This document shows positions 1 to 13,104 of a stretch of 64,000 nucleotides of DNA, piece after piece. The notes under the pieces were generated by a model. The model was not told the DNA's origin, did no database searches, and saw only the letters and a list, made by a program, of their open reading frames with translations. The stretch is from assembly GCA_028534125.1 (NCBI GenBank), contig CM052817.1:27778001-27842000 (forward strand), given 5' to 3'. Each line of letters begins with the position of its first letter. The first letter of the stretch is position 1. This DNA comes from Lama glama. Its lineage: Eukaryota. A program made the position numbers and the translations under genes.

Positions 1-259
1 TGACAAGCTCTGGGATACTGCCTTTATTTCCACTCAATCATCTGCAAATGTTAAGTCACTTGCAGTTATTTAATGTCTGGCCCTCTCAAAATAGCCTTCC
101 AAGATCTCCCTTCTTTGCTTCCATCACAGTCATGTCATGAGGGAGATAGAAAAGTCATATTCTTGGCTATGAATGAAAGCAGAATGAGGCTGAGGGTCCA
201 CTGGTGAATTCCAGGGGAATGGACACTTAGTAATATTGCAGTTGGAACATCTGTTCATC

Positions 260-420
260 TGTCCATCCACCCATCATCCATCCATCTGTTCATCCATTAT
301 ACATTTACTGGGTACAAGACATTGTGTTTATGTATGAGGATACATAGATAAACAGAACACAGGTATCTGGCTCAAGAGCTTACAGTCTTGTAGGGAAGAA
401 GGGGAGACAGCTATGCAAGC
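260..420 (-). mobile_element. L2 LINE 3' fragment
   Basis: CATC-repeat tail followed by 'catttactg...ctcaagagcttacagtcttgtaggg', typical of a reverse-strand L2 3' end. Boundaries approximate. Confidence 0.55.
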
Positions 421-1991
421 AAATGTAGGCATCTTTGTCATCCAAATTTAATCTTTTAAAAATGTGTTGGATTGCACATTTTCATATATTTCAATATACT
501 GTATTGTTTTAAATTGGAAAAATAATGTGTCCCCATCCTATTCCAAAAACCCCAATCAATTTCTCCAAAAATCTCTCAAAACATCTGTAAACACCTGTAC
601 AACTATCCACTAAAGACTTCTGGTTTAATGTAAAATATCTTAAACATCAATCATCTAATTGTTTAGCACTCAGTGAACTCCTTGTGGTTATAGTGCAGTA
701 CACAGTGATACGGAAGAGCACTGGATATGAATCATGTTTTACTTCTACTGCAAAGAACGTACCCTCACAGTGCATCCCATTCAGACTGTGGCCATCAGTC
801 CACTGTATGTGGTCATTCTCTAGATTTAAAAGATGTCATGCCATGTCCAGTGAAACAGTCCAGAACCAACAATTTCAAAATTTGTCTGCACTGATCAAGA
901 GTAAGATGGTGGAGTAAGACGATCCTAAGCACACCTCCTCTGTGGACACACCAAAACTACAAGTGCATGTAGAGCAACTCTCCCTGAAAACAACCTGAAG
1001 ACCCGTGGAACAGATTTTCTACAACTGAGGCTATAAAGAAAAGGCCACGCTGAGATGGGTAGGAAGGGCAGAGACTCAGTTTGGTCAGAACCCACACCTC
1101 CCAGTGCAGTGGCCCACAAGCAGGAAGGATGTCGGTACCTTGGAGGTCCCCCCAAAGAGTGAGGGTCCTGTGCCCCACATTGGGAACCCCATCCCGGGGA
1201 ACCTACACTACAAAAATGAATCCCCATAATGTCTAGCTTTGAAAATCAACAGGGCTCATATCTGGGAGAGCCAGAGGGCTGCTGGCACCCAAGATTCTGC
1301 TCTCAAAGGGCTCATGCACAAACTCATTCACTCTAAGTCCCATCACAGAGGCAGCAGCTTGAAAAGTCCTTGGGTTGCATGGAGAGGAAATTCATTTGTT
1401 AATTTTGGGGCATGTCCTGAAGAGGCAGGGATCTGGTGGAACTTTCTCCAGGGATGGAATAGCTCACAGGCACTATTTTCTTTTTACTCTCCTTCTACCT
1501 AGCTGGCCTGGTGCTGGTGAATGCCATTTCTGTCATTCTCCATGAACCTAGATAATGCTGTGTGCCCAGTCCCAGTCCAGCCCACCCTGAGGGCCCACCC
1601 TATTCAACCTGCCCACCCAGGCTGGACCCCACAAACACCTTCTGCCCCACCCCACATGGTGGGCTACCCTGGCTGACAATGCTGCCTCTCCAAAGTGGCA
1701 CTCTTGAGGTCAAGCCCCACATACCAGCACACAACATTTACAAACGGGCCTTGCAGTTTGTCATGCCGGGAGCTAGTCTTGCACATTAGCACTGCAACCC
1801 AGTCACAGCCCAGCTGCAGCAGGAGAGCACACGTAGCCCACAAAGGGGATACCCCCAGAGCACGTGGCTCTGGTGACCAGGGGGATTGCACCCTTGAGCC
1901 CCACAGGACACCTTCTACATAAGGCCATTCTTTCAAGACTGGAAGACATCACTGATATACCTAATACATAGAAACAAATACAGAGAGACAA

Positions 1992-2862
1992 ATGAGGAGA
2001 CAAAGGAATGCCTTCCAAACAAAAGAACCAGACAAAACCTCAAAAAAAGAATGAAATGAAATGGAGATAAGTAATTTATCAGATAAGGAGCTCAAAGCAA
2101 TAGTCATAAAGATGCTAACTGAACTTGGGAGAGGAATGGATGACCTCCATGAGAACTTTAACAAAAAGAACCAAACAGGACTGAAGAAACAATAACTGAA
2201 ATGAAAAATATACTAGAGGGAATCAACAGCAGATTAGAAGACACAGAAGAATAGATCAATGATCTGGAAGTGAGGGTAGTAGAAATCACCCAATTGGAAC
2301 AGCAAAAAGATATAAAAATTTTTTAAAAATGAGGATAGTTTAAGGGACTTCTGAGACAGCATCAAGTGTACTATCATTCACATTATAGGGGTCCCAGAAG
2401 GAGAAGAGAAGGAGAAAGGGATGGAAAACTTAGCTGAAGGAAAAATGGCTGAAAACTTCCTTGACTTGGCCAAGGAAACAGACATCCAAGTCTAGGAAGC
2501 ACAGAGTCCTGAACAAGATGAGCCCAAAGAGACCCACACCAAGACACATTATAATTAAAGCATCAAAAGTTAAAGATAAACAGAGAATCTTAGAAGCAGT
2601 AAGAGGAAAAACCACTAGTTATGACAAGGGAATCCCCAAATGACTATCAGCAGCTTTTTCAGCAGAAACTTTACAAGCCGGAAGTTACTAGCATGATACA
2701 TTCTAAGTTCTGAAAGATTAAAATTTATAACCAGAAATATTTTACTTGGCAAGGCTGTCATTCCAGAATTAAAGGAGAGAGAGTTTCACAGATAAGCAAA
2801 AGCTAAAGGAGTTCATTACCACTAAACTGGCCTTATAAGAAATGTTAAAGGGATTTCTTTAA
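1992..2862 (+). pseudogene. L1 ORF1p remnant (disrupted)
   Basis: ATG at 1992 reads MRRQRNAFQTKEPDKTSKKE then stops early. Later fragments match the ORF1p RRM/CTD region. Multiple stops and frameshifts. Confidence 0.85.
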
Positions 2863-3338
2863 ACAGAAAAGAAAAGGCTGTAACTAGAAACAAGAAAATT
2901 ATGAAAGAAAAAAAACTCACTTTGTAAAGGCAAACAGAGTAAAGGTAAGGATTGACCATCTACAGAACTAGTATGAAAGTTAAAAGATAAAAGTAATGAA
3001 ACTATCTATAGCTAAAATAGTTAGACGACACACAAAATAAAAAGATAAAATGTGACATCTAAGCCACAAAATGTGGGGGGAGGGGGAGTAAGAATGTAGT
3101 GCTCTTAGAATGCACTCATACTTAAGCAATCATCAACTTAAAATAGATTGCTAAATATATAGGTTGGTAAATATGAACCTCATGGTAACCAGAAACCCAA
3201 AACTTATAATGATACACAAAAGATAAAGGGAAGGAGTATAAACATGGCACTAAAAGAAGTCATCAAACTATGAGGGAAGAAAACAAGAGAAAAAGAATAG
3301 AGAAGAATGACCAAAACAACCAGAAAACAATTAACAAA

Positions 3339-5380
3339 ATGGCAGTAAGTACCTATCAATAATTACTTTAAATGTAAATGGACTAAATGCTTTAATCAAA
3401 AGACAGAGGGTGGCTGAATGGACAACAAAAACAAGACCCATATATGTGTTGCCTGTAAGAGATTCACTTCAGATTTAAAGACAGACACAGACTGAAAGCA
3501 AAGGGATGGGAAAAGGTATGCAAAGAAGATAAAATAAAAAGAAAGCTGAGGAAGCAATACTTATATCAACAAAATAGACTTAAATGAAGAATATAGCAAG
3601 AGACAAAGAAGGGAAGTGCATGTAATAAAGGGATCAATCCAACAAAAGGATATCACACTTGTGAATATCTATGCACCTAATATAGAAGCACCTGTGTACG
3701 TAAAGCAAACATTAACAGACATAAAGGGAGAAATTGACAGTAATATAATAATACTAGGGGACTCCACTTACATCAGTATAAAGGATCATCCAGGCTGGAA
3801 GTCAGCAAAGAAACAGCAGCCTTAAATGAAACATCAGACAACAAGACTTGATAGATTTGTACAGAACGTTCCATCCAAATGCAGCAGAATACGCATTCTC
3901 AAGTGCATGTGCCACTTTCTAGATGATACACCATGTGTTGGGACACAAAACAAGTCTCAATACATTTAAGAAGATAGAAATCATATCGAGCATCTTTTCT
4001 GATCACAGTGGTATGAAACTAGAAATCAACTACCAGAAGAAACCTGGAAAAGTCACAAACATGTGGAGACTGAGCACAGGCTAGTGAGCAACTACTGGGT
4101 CAATAAAGAAATCAGAGAAGAAATCAAAAATTACCTTAAGACAAAGGAAAATATGACATCCCAAGCCTATGGGGTGTGGCAAGAGCAGTACTAAGAGGGG
4201 ACCTTATACAGGCCTATCTCAAAAGACAAGAAAAATCTCAAATAAACAATCTAACCTTACACCTAAAGGGACTAGAAAAAGAAGAACAAATGTAGCCCAG
4301 AGTCCCAGAGAAGGAAGGAAATAATTAATATCAGATCAGAAATAAACGAAATAGAGGCTAAAAAGACAATAGAAATGATAGAGCTGGTCCTTGGAAAAGA
4401 TAAACAAAATTGACAAACCTTTAGCTGGACTCTCTAAGAAAAACAGAGAGAGGCTCTGATAAATAAAACCAGAAAAAAAAAAGAGGAAAAATAACAACAG
4501 ATGCCATAGAAACACAAAGGGTTATAAGAGAATATTATGAACATCTATACTCCAACAAATAGGACAAGCTAGGAGAAGTGAACAGATTCTTAGAAGCATA
4601 CAACCTTCCAAGACTGAATCATGAAGAAATAGAAAATCTGAATAGACTGATCACTAGTACAGAGATTGAAACAGTAATAAAAACTTACTAAAAAAATAAA
4701 AGCCCAGGACTGGATGGCTTCATGGGTGAATACTACCAAACTTTCAAAGAAGATTTAATTCCCAAAAAATTAAAGAGGTGGGAAAACTTCCTGATTCATT
4801 TTATGAGGCTTACATCACCCTGACACCAAAACCAAACAAAGACAACACAAAAAAAGAAAATTACAGGCGAATATCGCTGATGAATATGGATGCAAAAATT
4901 TTCAGCCAAATATTAGCAACCGAAATGCAACAATACATTGAAGGGATCATACACCATGATCAAGTGGAATTTATTTCAGGGATGCACGGATGGATCAATC
5001 AACGCGATACACATTAACAAAACGAAGAGAAAAAAATCATATGACCATTTCAAGCATTTGACAAAATTCAACGTACATTTATGATTAAAACTCTCCACAA
5101 AATGGGTGTAGAGGGAACATACCTCAACATAATGAAGGCCATATGTGACAAGCCCACAGCTAAGGGCATACTTAATGGTGGAAAGCTGGAAACTTTTCCT
5201 TTAAGATCAGGAACAAGATAAGGGTGCCCACTCTCACCACTTATATTCAGCATAGTATTGGAAGTCCCAGCCATGGCAGTCAGACAAGAAATAGAGATTA
5301 AATTCACCCGTATGGGAAAGGAAGAAGTAAAACTCCCTATTTGCAGGTGACATGATTCTAGAAAACTATCAGAACTAATG
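3339..5380 (+). pseudogene. L1 ORF2p remnant (APE endonuclease plus N-terminal part of the reverse transcriptase)
   Basis: ATG at 3339, then ITLNVNGLNALIKR. RT motifs through 'GCPLSPLIF'. The catalytic FADD reads FAGD (TTT GCA GGT GAC, 5340-5351). Fragmented by stops and indels. Confidence 0.92.
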
Positions 5381-5499
5381 CGTTCCATGCAGCCTAAGTA
5401 TGCGGATGTATTATGATGGGTTTCTGATTTGGATAGAGACTGATGGGTGAACATTTTTGCAAGTCATTACAGCAAATGTTCCCATGATGAGTCCTCAGA

Positions 5500-6300
5500 A
5501 AACAAGGGACACCTGTAATTTCAAGAGAGGTGGGTATAATGTGGTCACACAGAGAGCAGTGGTGAACCCTGCCTGGGAAGGTCAGGGGAAAACTGCTCCA
5601 AAGGGAAGCAGGGCCAAGGAAGAGCTTCAGGATGACAGTTCAGCACACAAGCCAGGTGGAAGATCCAGTGGACGGCATTTTAGGCAGAGAGAAAACCATG
5701 TCCAGAGCCAGAGAGCCACCCTTCTCCTCTGCAGCATATTGTGTTCAGGGGACTGAAATTATTTCCATATTGCTGAAGTGTAAGGAACAAGGAGAATGAG
5801 ACTGGAGCAGGTGGCATCGGTCTGAATGGGAAGGGCTTTGTTTGGACTTTATTCTGGAAGATGTGGACCATAACTGAAGTTGTTTAAGCAAGAGAGTGTC
5901 CGCATCAGATATGAAGTTTAGAAAAATAGAAACAAAACGGAAGGAGGATGTGAGGACAGAGCCCTGTAGCAGAGAGGACCAGGACCCGAGCAAGGGCAGT
6001 TGCAGAGATGAGGAGGAGGAGGATGGGCCGGACTGCTGAGGAGGCTGGAGAGCAAGACTGACAGGAATCAGTGATCTCAGTGATGGAGAGGGCAGTTCTT
6101 TTTATCTGTGTTGTAAATTAAGAAATTAAGATCTGGGGTCCTGTCTTTTTCATTTAGTGTCTCCCAAACCTAACACAGTTCCTGGCAGACACCCAATACA
6201 CGGTAAATGGGTAAATTCCCTTGTTTGGTCAACACATCATCAGCGAGGTACCGAGGGAATGAGTCAACTAATGAATCAGTGAATGAGTTGATAAATGAAA
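5500..6300. mobile_element. L2 LINE fragments
   Basis: Reverse-strand L2-like motifs ('gggctttgtttggactttattctg', 'gtttaagcaagagagtg') and a forward L2 3' end ('cctaacacagttcctggca...aatgaatcagtgaatga'). Confidence 0.55.
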
Positions 6301-7813
6301 GACTGCTTTCTTGGGAGGGTCTGACGGTCTCCCAAAGCATTCTGGCTTCTCTTTTTAACTTCCACTACCGTCCCCATCGCATGGAGAGCAGACGTCTCAC
6401 TGGAATTTTGCAGTATCCTCCAAACTGATGCTGCAACCTCTGTTCTCTTGCCTTGTGCCCAAAGCCAGACTGGTCTTGAAGTGGGGTCCCCTCATTTTCT
6501 GCCGAGGATTCTCCTGGCCTCAGCTGAGCTTCTGCCACTCAACATTTTTTTCATCATTTCTCTCTCTCTGATTGAAATAAAGACCCTTTTTCATCCGCGT
6601 CACACAGATGTTGGACAGATTGATTAGTTAATGTGCAAAAATTGCTTTGAAGATGAAAAGTGCTGATTATTATTATTATTATGTTGTCTAAGGGAAATTT
6701 TCTGCCTTTTAAAGGGAGCTGCAGAATGGTCACTGACGTTTCATTTGGATGCTCTGCATGTCACAGGTGGAATATTTATTTACCAATAAAGAAAAACATC
6801 TCTATCCACATAGAATAGCTCCCTGAAGCTCATTCGTCTGTTTTTAAAGGATGTGGCCAAATTGCCACCATAGAATATAACTGAGGCACGTGGTTAAGGT
6901 CAACATCTGGGCTGATGTCAGCAAGGGGCTTACCATGTAAAACAGAGGCACTGGTGCTTTGTCCTTTGCCAGCCACACATCATTCAGATGCTGCTGACAT
7001 AAACCTGAATCATATACAGGGTCTCAGAGATGTAGATATAATTTTTTTTTTCCTTTCAGAACGCTCTGAACTTAGTGTCACCTTGGCCAGGAGTGAATAG
7101 TGGTTTCTCAAGGGCATCTTTTTTTCATTTGTTTGTTTCTATACTGAGGTGATTTTTAGGCATATACTTCAGAAAGTTCAATGTTGAATCATAACAAAAA
7201 CCAAATGAGTACTCTGAGTTTCTTTTTCTTTCTTTGTTTTTTTTTTTTTTAAGTTTGGGGCTTGATATAAAGTCAGGGATAGTTGTAAGAGAACTTTAAA
7301 TTATATTTAAACAACAGGGGAAAACCCCTTAATTTGAAGTGTGTGAATATAGAATTGATACTTGATGCTGGTGGCTCGATATTCCAAGCCTGATTTGCTG
7401 CTACTTTTCTTCAGCAACTTGGGCTTTTAGTGTGATTTATGCCTAAAGTTGTAGAGTAAAATTTATGAACTGCATTAAGTGCTAAGGAACAAGCATAAAA
7501 ATCAGTAATTCGAGAGTCTGGAGAAGTAGAGTGCTCTATACAAATAGGCTAAATGGAAATAATAGGCTAATAGATGCATCAGAGAAAAGCAAATGGCTTT
7601 CTGATATCAAGGAGCCAGAGTTTTGGGAAATTCTTTAATTATCATCTAATTGGCTGGATGATATAGTGTTGCTAAAGATATGCAAAATCATAGAAGTATC
7701 ATTTAAAAAATGAAACAAGTTTGGGTAGGGAAATGATGAAATGTATGGCAGAATTTCATGAAGGTGGTCAATTGACCAGAGTAGAAAATCAGAGAAGCCC
7801 CAACTTAGCACTT

Positions 7814-7832
7814 TGCCCAGCAGGTGGCAGAA
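7814..7832 (+). promoter_or_regulatory. Candidate CTCF site
   Basis: TGCCCAGCAGGTGGCAGAA is close to the CTCF core consensus. Motif match only. Confidence 0.35.
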
Positions 7833-7889
7833 GTGAGAGCAGGGGCAGGTGTGTGCGCTGCTGGGTCATGATCTGTCTTCTATTCCAAA

Positions 7890-8775
7890 TTTATTATTTT
7901 AATTACTTAAAAAAAATTTTAAATTGAAGTCTAGTTGATTTACAATGTTGTGTTAGTTTCAGGTTTACAGCAAAGTGACATGTATATATGTGTGTGTGTA
8001 TATATATATATGCACACACACACACACACACATATATTCTTTTTCAGATTCTTTTCCATTATAGGTTATTACAAGTTCCCTGTGCTCTACAGCAGGGCCT
8101 TGTTATTTATCTGTTTTATATGTGGTAGTATGTATATTGTAATCCCAAACTCCTAATTTATCCTCCTGCACTACCCCTTTGGTAACCATAGTTTGTTTTC
8201 CATGTCTGTGAGTCTATTTCCGGTTTGTAAATGAATTAATCTATATCATTTTTAGATTCCACATAGAAGTGATATCATATGATATTTCTCTGTCTGACTT
8301 ACCTCACTTAGTATGATAATCTCTAGGTCCATCCATGTTGCTGCAAATGGCATTACCTCATTCTTTTTTATGGCTGAGTAGCATTCCACTAAATCTTCTT
8401 TATCCAGTCATCTATCATGGACATTTAAGTTGCTTCCATGTCTTGGCTATTGTAAATAGTGCTGCTGTGAACATTGGTGTGCATGTATCTTTTGGAATTA
8501 AAGTTTTCTCAGGACATATGCCCAGGAGGGGGATTGCTGGATCATATGATAACTCTGTTTTTAGTTTTTAAAGGAACTCCATATTGTGCTTCATAATGGC
8601 TGCATCAATTTACATTCCAACAGAGTAGGAGGACTCCCTTTTCTCCACACTCTCTTCAGCATTCTTTATTTGTAGACTTTCTAATGATGGCCGTTCTGAC
8701 CAGTGTGAGATGATACCTCATTGTGGTTTTGGTTTGCATTTCTCTGATAATTAGCAATGTTGAGCATCTTTCATG
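7890..8775 (-). mobile_element. 5'-truncated LINE-1 (3'UTR and ORF2 end), cetartiodactyl-type
   Basis: 'ttgaagtctagttgatttacaatgttgtgttagtttcagg' is the reverse 3' end. It has an internal TA/TG/CA microsatellite (7980-8036) and ORF2 C-terminal sequence ending 'gagcatctttcatg'. Confidence 0.92.
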
Positions 8776-9432
8776 ATCTGTCTTTGAAACCCTGCAGATC
8801 CATTATCCGGATGGAGGGATTCTGGTTGAGCAGGTCTCTGGAGCCATCTTCCTGAGATAATGGCTGCCACGTGTGGCTCTTGTTGGGCCTGGTCATTCTG
8901 CACCTTTGTTCTTGCCTTTTCCCAGTTGTGTACCAGGCTCTTCTTTCTCTCACTGTTCCATTTCCCAGGATTCCTCTGCAAGCCATGTGATCCCCGGGGC
9001 TTGTCTGTGTACTTTTCCTCCTGTCTTTTCTCTGTTGGAAAGCAGTTGCTCTGGGCACACTGACCTCTACTCTCTTTGCTGTCCAACAGTACTAGCAGAA
9101 TGAGCAGAAGAGGGGGAGTGAGTGTGTACGGTGCTGAGCTGGTTTAAGATCCACCTTCTCACAGCCCTGTGGGATACATACCATTGATGAAGAAACTGAG
9201 GCTCAGAAAAAATAAGGAGCTTGCCTATGGTCCACAGTAAAGTTGTGGAGCTGCAGTGTATTCTTTTTTCCCCTCATTGTTTCTTGATCCTTCCACCAAT
9301 TCCTGCAGCATTTAGATCCCCCAGTATCATGCACATCAATCAATGGCTTCAGAAAAGGGTTTTACAGGTACTGTCCAGGGGTCTCAGAGCATGGAGAAAA
9401 CTTGATGACTCTGGGCAAGGTGAATCTCTGCG

Positions 9433-9927
9433 TGTACTAGTCAAAGTTCTCCAGAGAAACAGAGCCAATAGGCGACATAGGTATAGATACATAGAAAGAG
9501 ATTTAGTACAGGAATTGGTTCCTGTGATTACGGGTGCTGAGAAGTCCCATGATCTGCAGTCTGCAAGCTGGAGGTCCAAGAAAGCCAGTGGTGAGTCCCA
9601 GTCCAGCCCGAAGGCTCGAACACCAGGGGAGCGAATGGTGTGAGTTCCACTTGAGTCCAAGACCCAGGAGTGTTGATGTCTCAGAGTCTCAGAAGACAAA
9701 TGTCTTAGCTCTGGCTGAGAGAGTGACTTTGCCCTACCTCTGCCTTTTTGTTCTATTCAGGCCCTCCAGGGACTGGGTGAAGCCCACCCACACTGGTGAG
9801 GATGCTGTCCTTTATCAGTCTGCCGACTCAAATGCTAATCCCTTCAGGAGACACTCAAATAATGCTTCTCTAGCTTTCTGGGTATCTCCTAGCCCAGTCA
9901 GGTGGACACATGAAATCAACCATCACA
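9433..9927 (-). mobile_element. MLT2 (ERVL) solo LTR
   Basis: TG...CA termini. 'ttctccagagaaacagagccaatagg' and 'cccagtcaggtggacacatgaaatcaaccatcaca' match the reverse complement of the MLT2 ends. Confidence 0.88.
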
Positions 9928-11199
9928 GCTGGGGTGGGGAGAGCTGGAGAGGGAGTGAAAGTGAGGAGACACTGTGGGTGCGTGTCTGAGGAAGGCAGGC
10001 CCTATGCCTCATCCTGCAGGTGGGCTGGGGGCCAGGGTCAGGGGAAAACACGAGCCCAGCTAATTTTGGGGGAGTGAGGTCCAAGTGATCTGTGATTCCC
10101 TTTCCAGGTGGGTGTGAGACCCCCACCCCAGGAGCGTGGCTGTGGTGTGCCTCGGCAGCCGGGCCTGGGGCAACCTCACCGGATTCCCCAGCAGCACAGT
10201 GCTCTCCCGTGCTCTGGAGAGGCCTGGGTCCCGCAGGGGAGGAACCAACCGGGAGGAAGGAGTCCCCAGGAATACGAAGGTTGTTCCTCAGCGACAACGT
10301 AGAGTGATGCAAGTGAACACTGGATGGGAAGGGGAGGGCTCAGTGGATGTGCTGGAGGGCAGAGGTAAGGGTCAAGAGCAGCCGCCAGCCCGCCATGCTG
10401 TGACATCACACGGTCCCCTTTCCTGCCCCATCAAGTGCCAACCTGGAGAAACAAGGAGAAAATGTAATTGACTCAGAGCCCATTTCTGCCCCCTGATGGA
10501 ACAGGAGCTCATTACAGAAATAAAGCTCAATTAGAGAAACTGAAAAATTCATTACATGTTTGTGGACTGGGATCTGCACCGTCAGTAGCATCCAACCCAG
10601 AGTTCTCTGGCCCCAAAACTTGCTCATTTCACTACATTAAGAGGAAGCAGCATTGCCACAGCCAGGATTTGACATCATTGGAAGCAACTGCTGTCTCTGA
10701 ATTATCCAGATGCCTAATATTATTTTTAAAATATTCCATGAATCAAACCAGGTTAATCCAAGGCTCATTTTCCCCACATAATTTCCATTCAACTTAATGA
10801 AAGGGAATTTCCACAAGGTACCACCAGAACATTAAGTATTCAATATTTGATTAAGGCAAATCACCAAGAATTGCTCTTAAAATATTTTTAGTGTGTAATA
10901 TCAAAAAGGGGCACTCTCTATAAGTAAAAAAAATTTTTTCCATGAAGACATGAATGACTTCAAGATAACACAGTTTTCAAACACACCGTACATTAGAGCA
11001 TCTCATATAAGAATTTATTCATCTATTTGAAGTGAATTTTGCACTTTGATGTCATTCAGTTGTTCTCAAAACTCAGCATCATATTCAAGCAGAAGAAAGA
11101 GCTCAGAAGGCATTCACATCGAGATTTTATCGATGTATGTCCCCATAACCCCACAGCTGCTGATGCAGCATTTCCAGGATAGCCTCAGCCTTTCTAGAC

Positions 11200-11265
11200 A
11201 TTTTTAAATTTTTATTTTATTGAAGTATATTTGATTAACAATGTTGTGCTAGTTTCTGGTGTAAA
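11200..11265 (-). mobile_element. Very short L1 3' end
   Basis: T-rich tail plus 'ttgaagtatatttgattaacaatgttgtgctagtttctggtgta', same family as the 7890-8775 element. Confidence 0.7.
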
Positions 11266-12689
11266 TCTCCACAGCCTTTATTTTAAAAAGCTGCCTGACT
11301 TGCCCAAGGTCTTGTGGGTTGCAGGTGGTACTGATCCTAAAGGGCATTCATTGGTGCTGTGTTGTGGTCTGTGCAACCTCAGGGTAAGGAGAGTGAGGTA
11401 GTTTTGTAAAGGTTGCAGAGATTCACCTTTTGGGCAGTCTTGGTTCCTGCTAGCATGGAAGTGAGGACAGTCCACACCGTGAATTTGCAAGGCTTTTTCC
11501 TGGTTGAAGTCCTCCATAGGGGCTGTCCTCTGCTCTGGGGTTGCCCCAGCAGAGGGATGCATCTTCTCAATGGCTAATAATCTCACTAAACTTTAGCCAG
11601 CCCAGCTCTTACTATGGCCAGCAGCACTGGATTGATCTCTGAATTACGAACCACATGTATAAAAAGAGAAGCTGAAAATGGGCCTAAACTGCACACACAT
11701 CCTGAGAAACTGATGCTCTCCAGAATTCAGCCCAGGTAAGAGCTGCTCTAATGTACCGGACCTGCGGTGAGTAGCTGTAATGGAGACGAAATTCCTCTAG
11801 AGGGCACTCACAGCTTCCCCATGAATCGAGAGCTTGTGAAATCAGGATTTTTTCAGAAACGGCACAGACTGCTTGGGAGCAAAATGAGGTTTATATAAAT
11901 AGATGAATGTGGATGTGCAGATTTTTTTCATTAGAAAATAATCCCTCTTTGTCTTTTTCAGATCGGCATCAGTGAGCACATGTGGGAGCATAAAATATGG
12001 ACAATTTCTTTTTGTTTCCTTTGTGAGAGAATACTGAATCCTCACCTCTAAGGGAGTTTGCTGCAGTTCACGGCTGCGCCACATTTATAATTATCAGGAG
12101 AGGAAGGGAAATTAAAAGATTCAACTGCTTAACTCTTCAGCAGTTGAGCTGCTGGCCCTGGGGACACGCCGGGGACTTCATGTTCTGGCGGAACTCTGTG
12201 GAAATCCTCGGCAATGGCCATTTGACCTCTCCCTCGGCCACCTGAGGAAATCAGCTTTGGTTAGATTAGACAGACCGTAATTGGCTTTTGAGTTGTTGAA
12301 GCACATTCTGGGTACACATTTCTCCATGTTTTGAAAGGCGTATGTTTTCCTTGGATCAGATCAGTGTAGGGGGAAGTCAATCACTGCTTAGGTGGGTGGA
12401 TGGACCAGCAAGTTGTTTCCCAAGATCTGCCTCTGAGCCTCCCCAGTGACAGGATGCCTGCCCAGTCCCTCCGTCCCCTCTGCACCCCGCTTCAAGCTTA
12501 GGGTCAGGGAGAGGGGTGAGTTTGTGTGGGTCTGCAGTATGATTTGGTAGGGAAATACTGGTCTGGATGATTTTTTAAGGATTCTTTTCAACCTTTGGGG
12601 TCTATGACTCCATGAATTTGCAGGTTCTGAAGCGAAGGCAATGTATAAATAAGTCAGTGTGACTTCAACATTGTAAATGGTATGACTGT

Positions 12690-13095
12690 TTGCCCTGCCT
12701 CTGGTCATGCCCCTCCCAAAACCATTCTCCAGCAACCAGAACAATCCTTTAAAAAGGTATATAGGTTTTCTTTTCTGTCTAAAATTCTACAGTGGCTCCG
12801 TAATGCCTTCATGAAAAAGCCCAGACTCCCTGGCACACACAGTTGACAAGACTCTGCATGATCTCAGCCCTTCTGGTGACATCCTGTGCACTAATCTCTC
12901 TCTTTCACTTCTGGATCCTTGCTGTCCCTTCCACCTGGAGCATACCCCCTCCCCCTGCAAATACACACTTTTTTGCTTGGCTGATGTTTTTCATGCTTTG
13001 GGTCTCAGCTTGAGTGCTTCCTCCTCTGAGAAGCCTTACTGACTCTCAAGACTGGGATGGACGCCCCTTCCTATGTTATCATCACATTCTGTTCC
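12690..13095 (+). mobile_element. L2 fragment
   Basis: 'ccattctccagcaaccagaacaatcctttaaaa...ctgcatgatctcagccc...tcctctgagaagcctt' are L2-like motifs. Confidence 0.55.
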
Positions 13096-13104
13096 ATCCT
13101 TAAC

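Larger units (their letters stand above)
899..5385 (+). mobile_element. LINE-1, 5'-intact and 3'-truncated, inactive (5'UTR, ORF1, partial ORF2)
   Basis: 5' end has a YY1-like AAGATGGTGG (903-912) and an L1-type 5'UTR. ORF track gives ORF1-like (PKRPTPRHIIIK...KDKQRILEAVR), endonuclease-like (ITLVNIYAPN...IIILGD) and RT-like ([16 protein letters not shown]...[15 protein letters not shown]) peptides. A-rich + strand. Confidence 0.97.

Noticed and set aside
2461..5017. L1-derived ORFs as an active or domesticated RT/endonuclease
   Set aside because: Only short fragments between stops and frameshifts remain, the catalytic motif is mutated and the 3' end is missing.
9221..9989. 140-aa, 116-aa and 151-aa ORFs
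   Set aside because: They largely overlap the MLT2 LTR and show no recognisable protein features.
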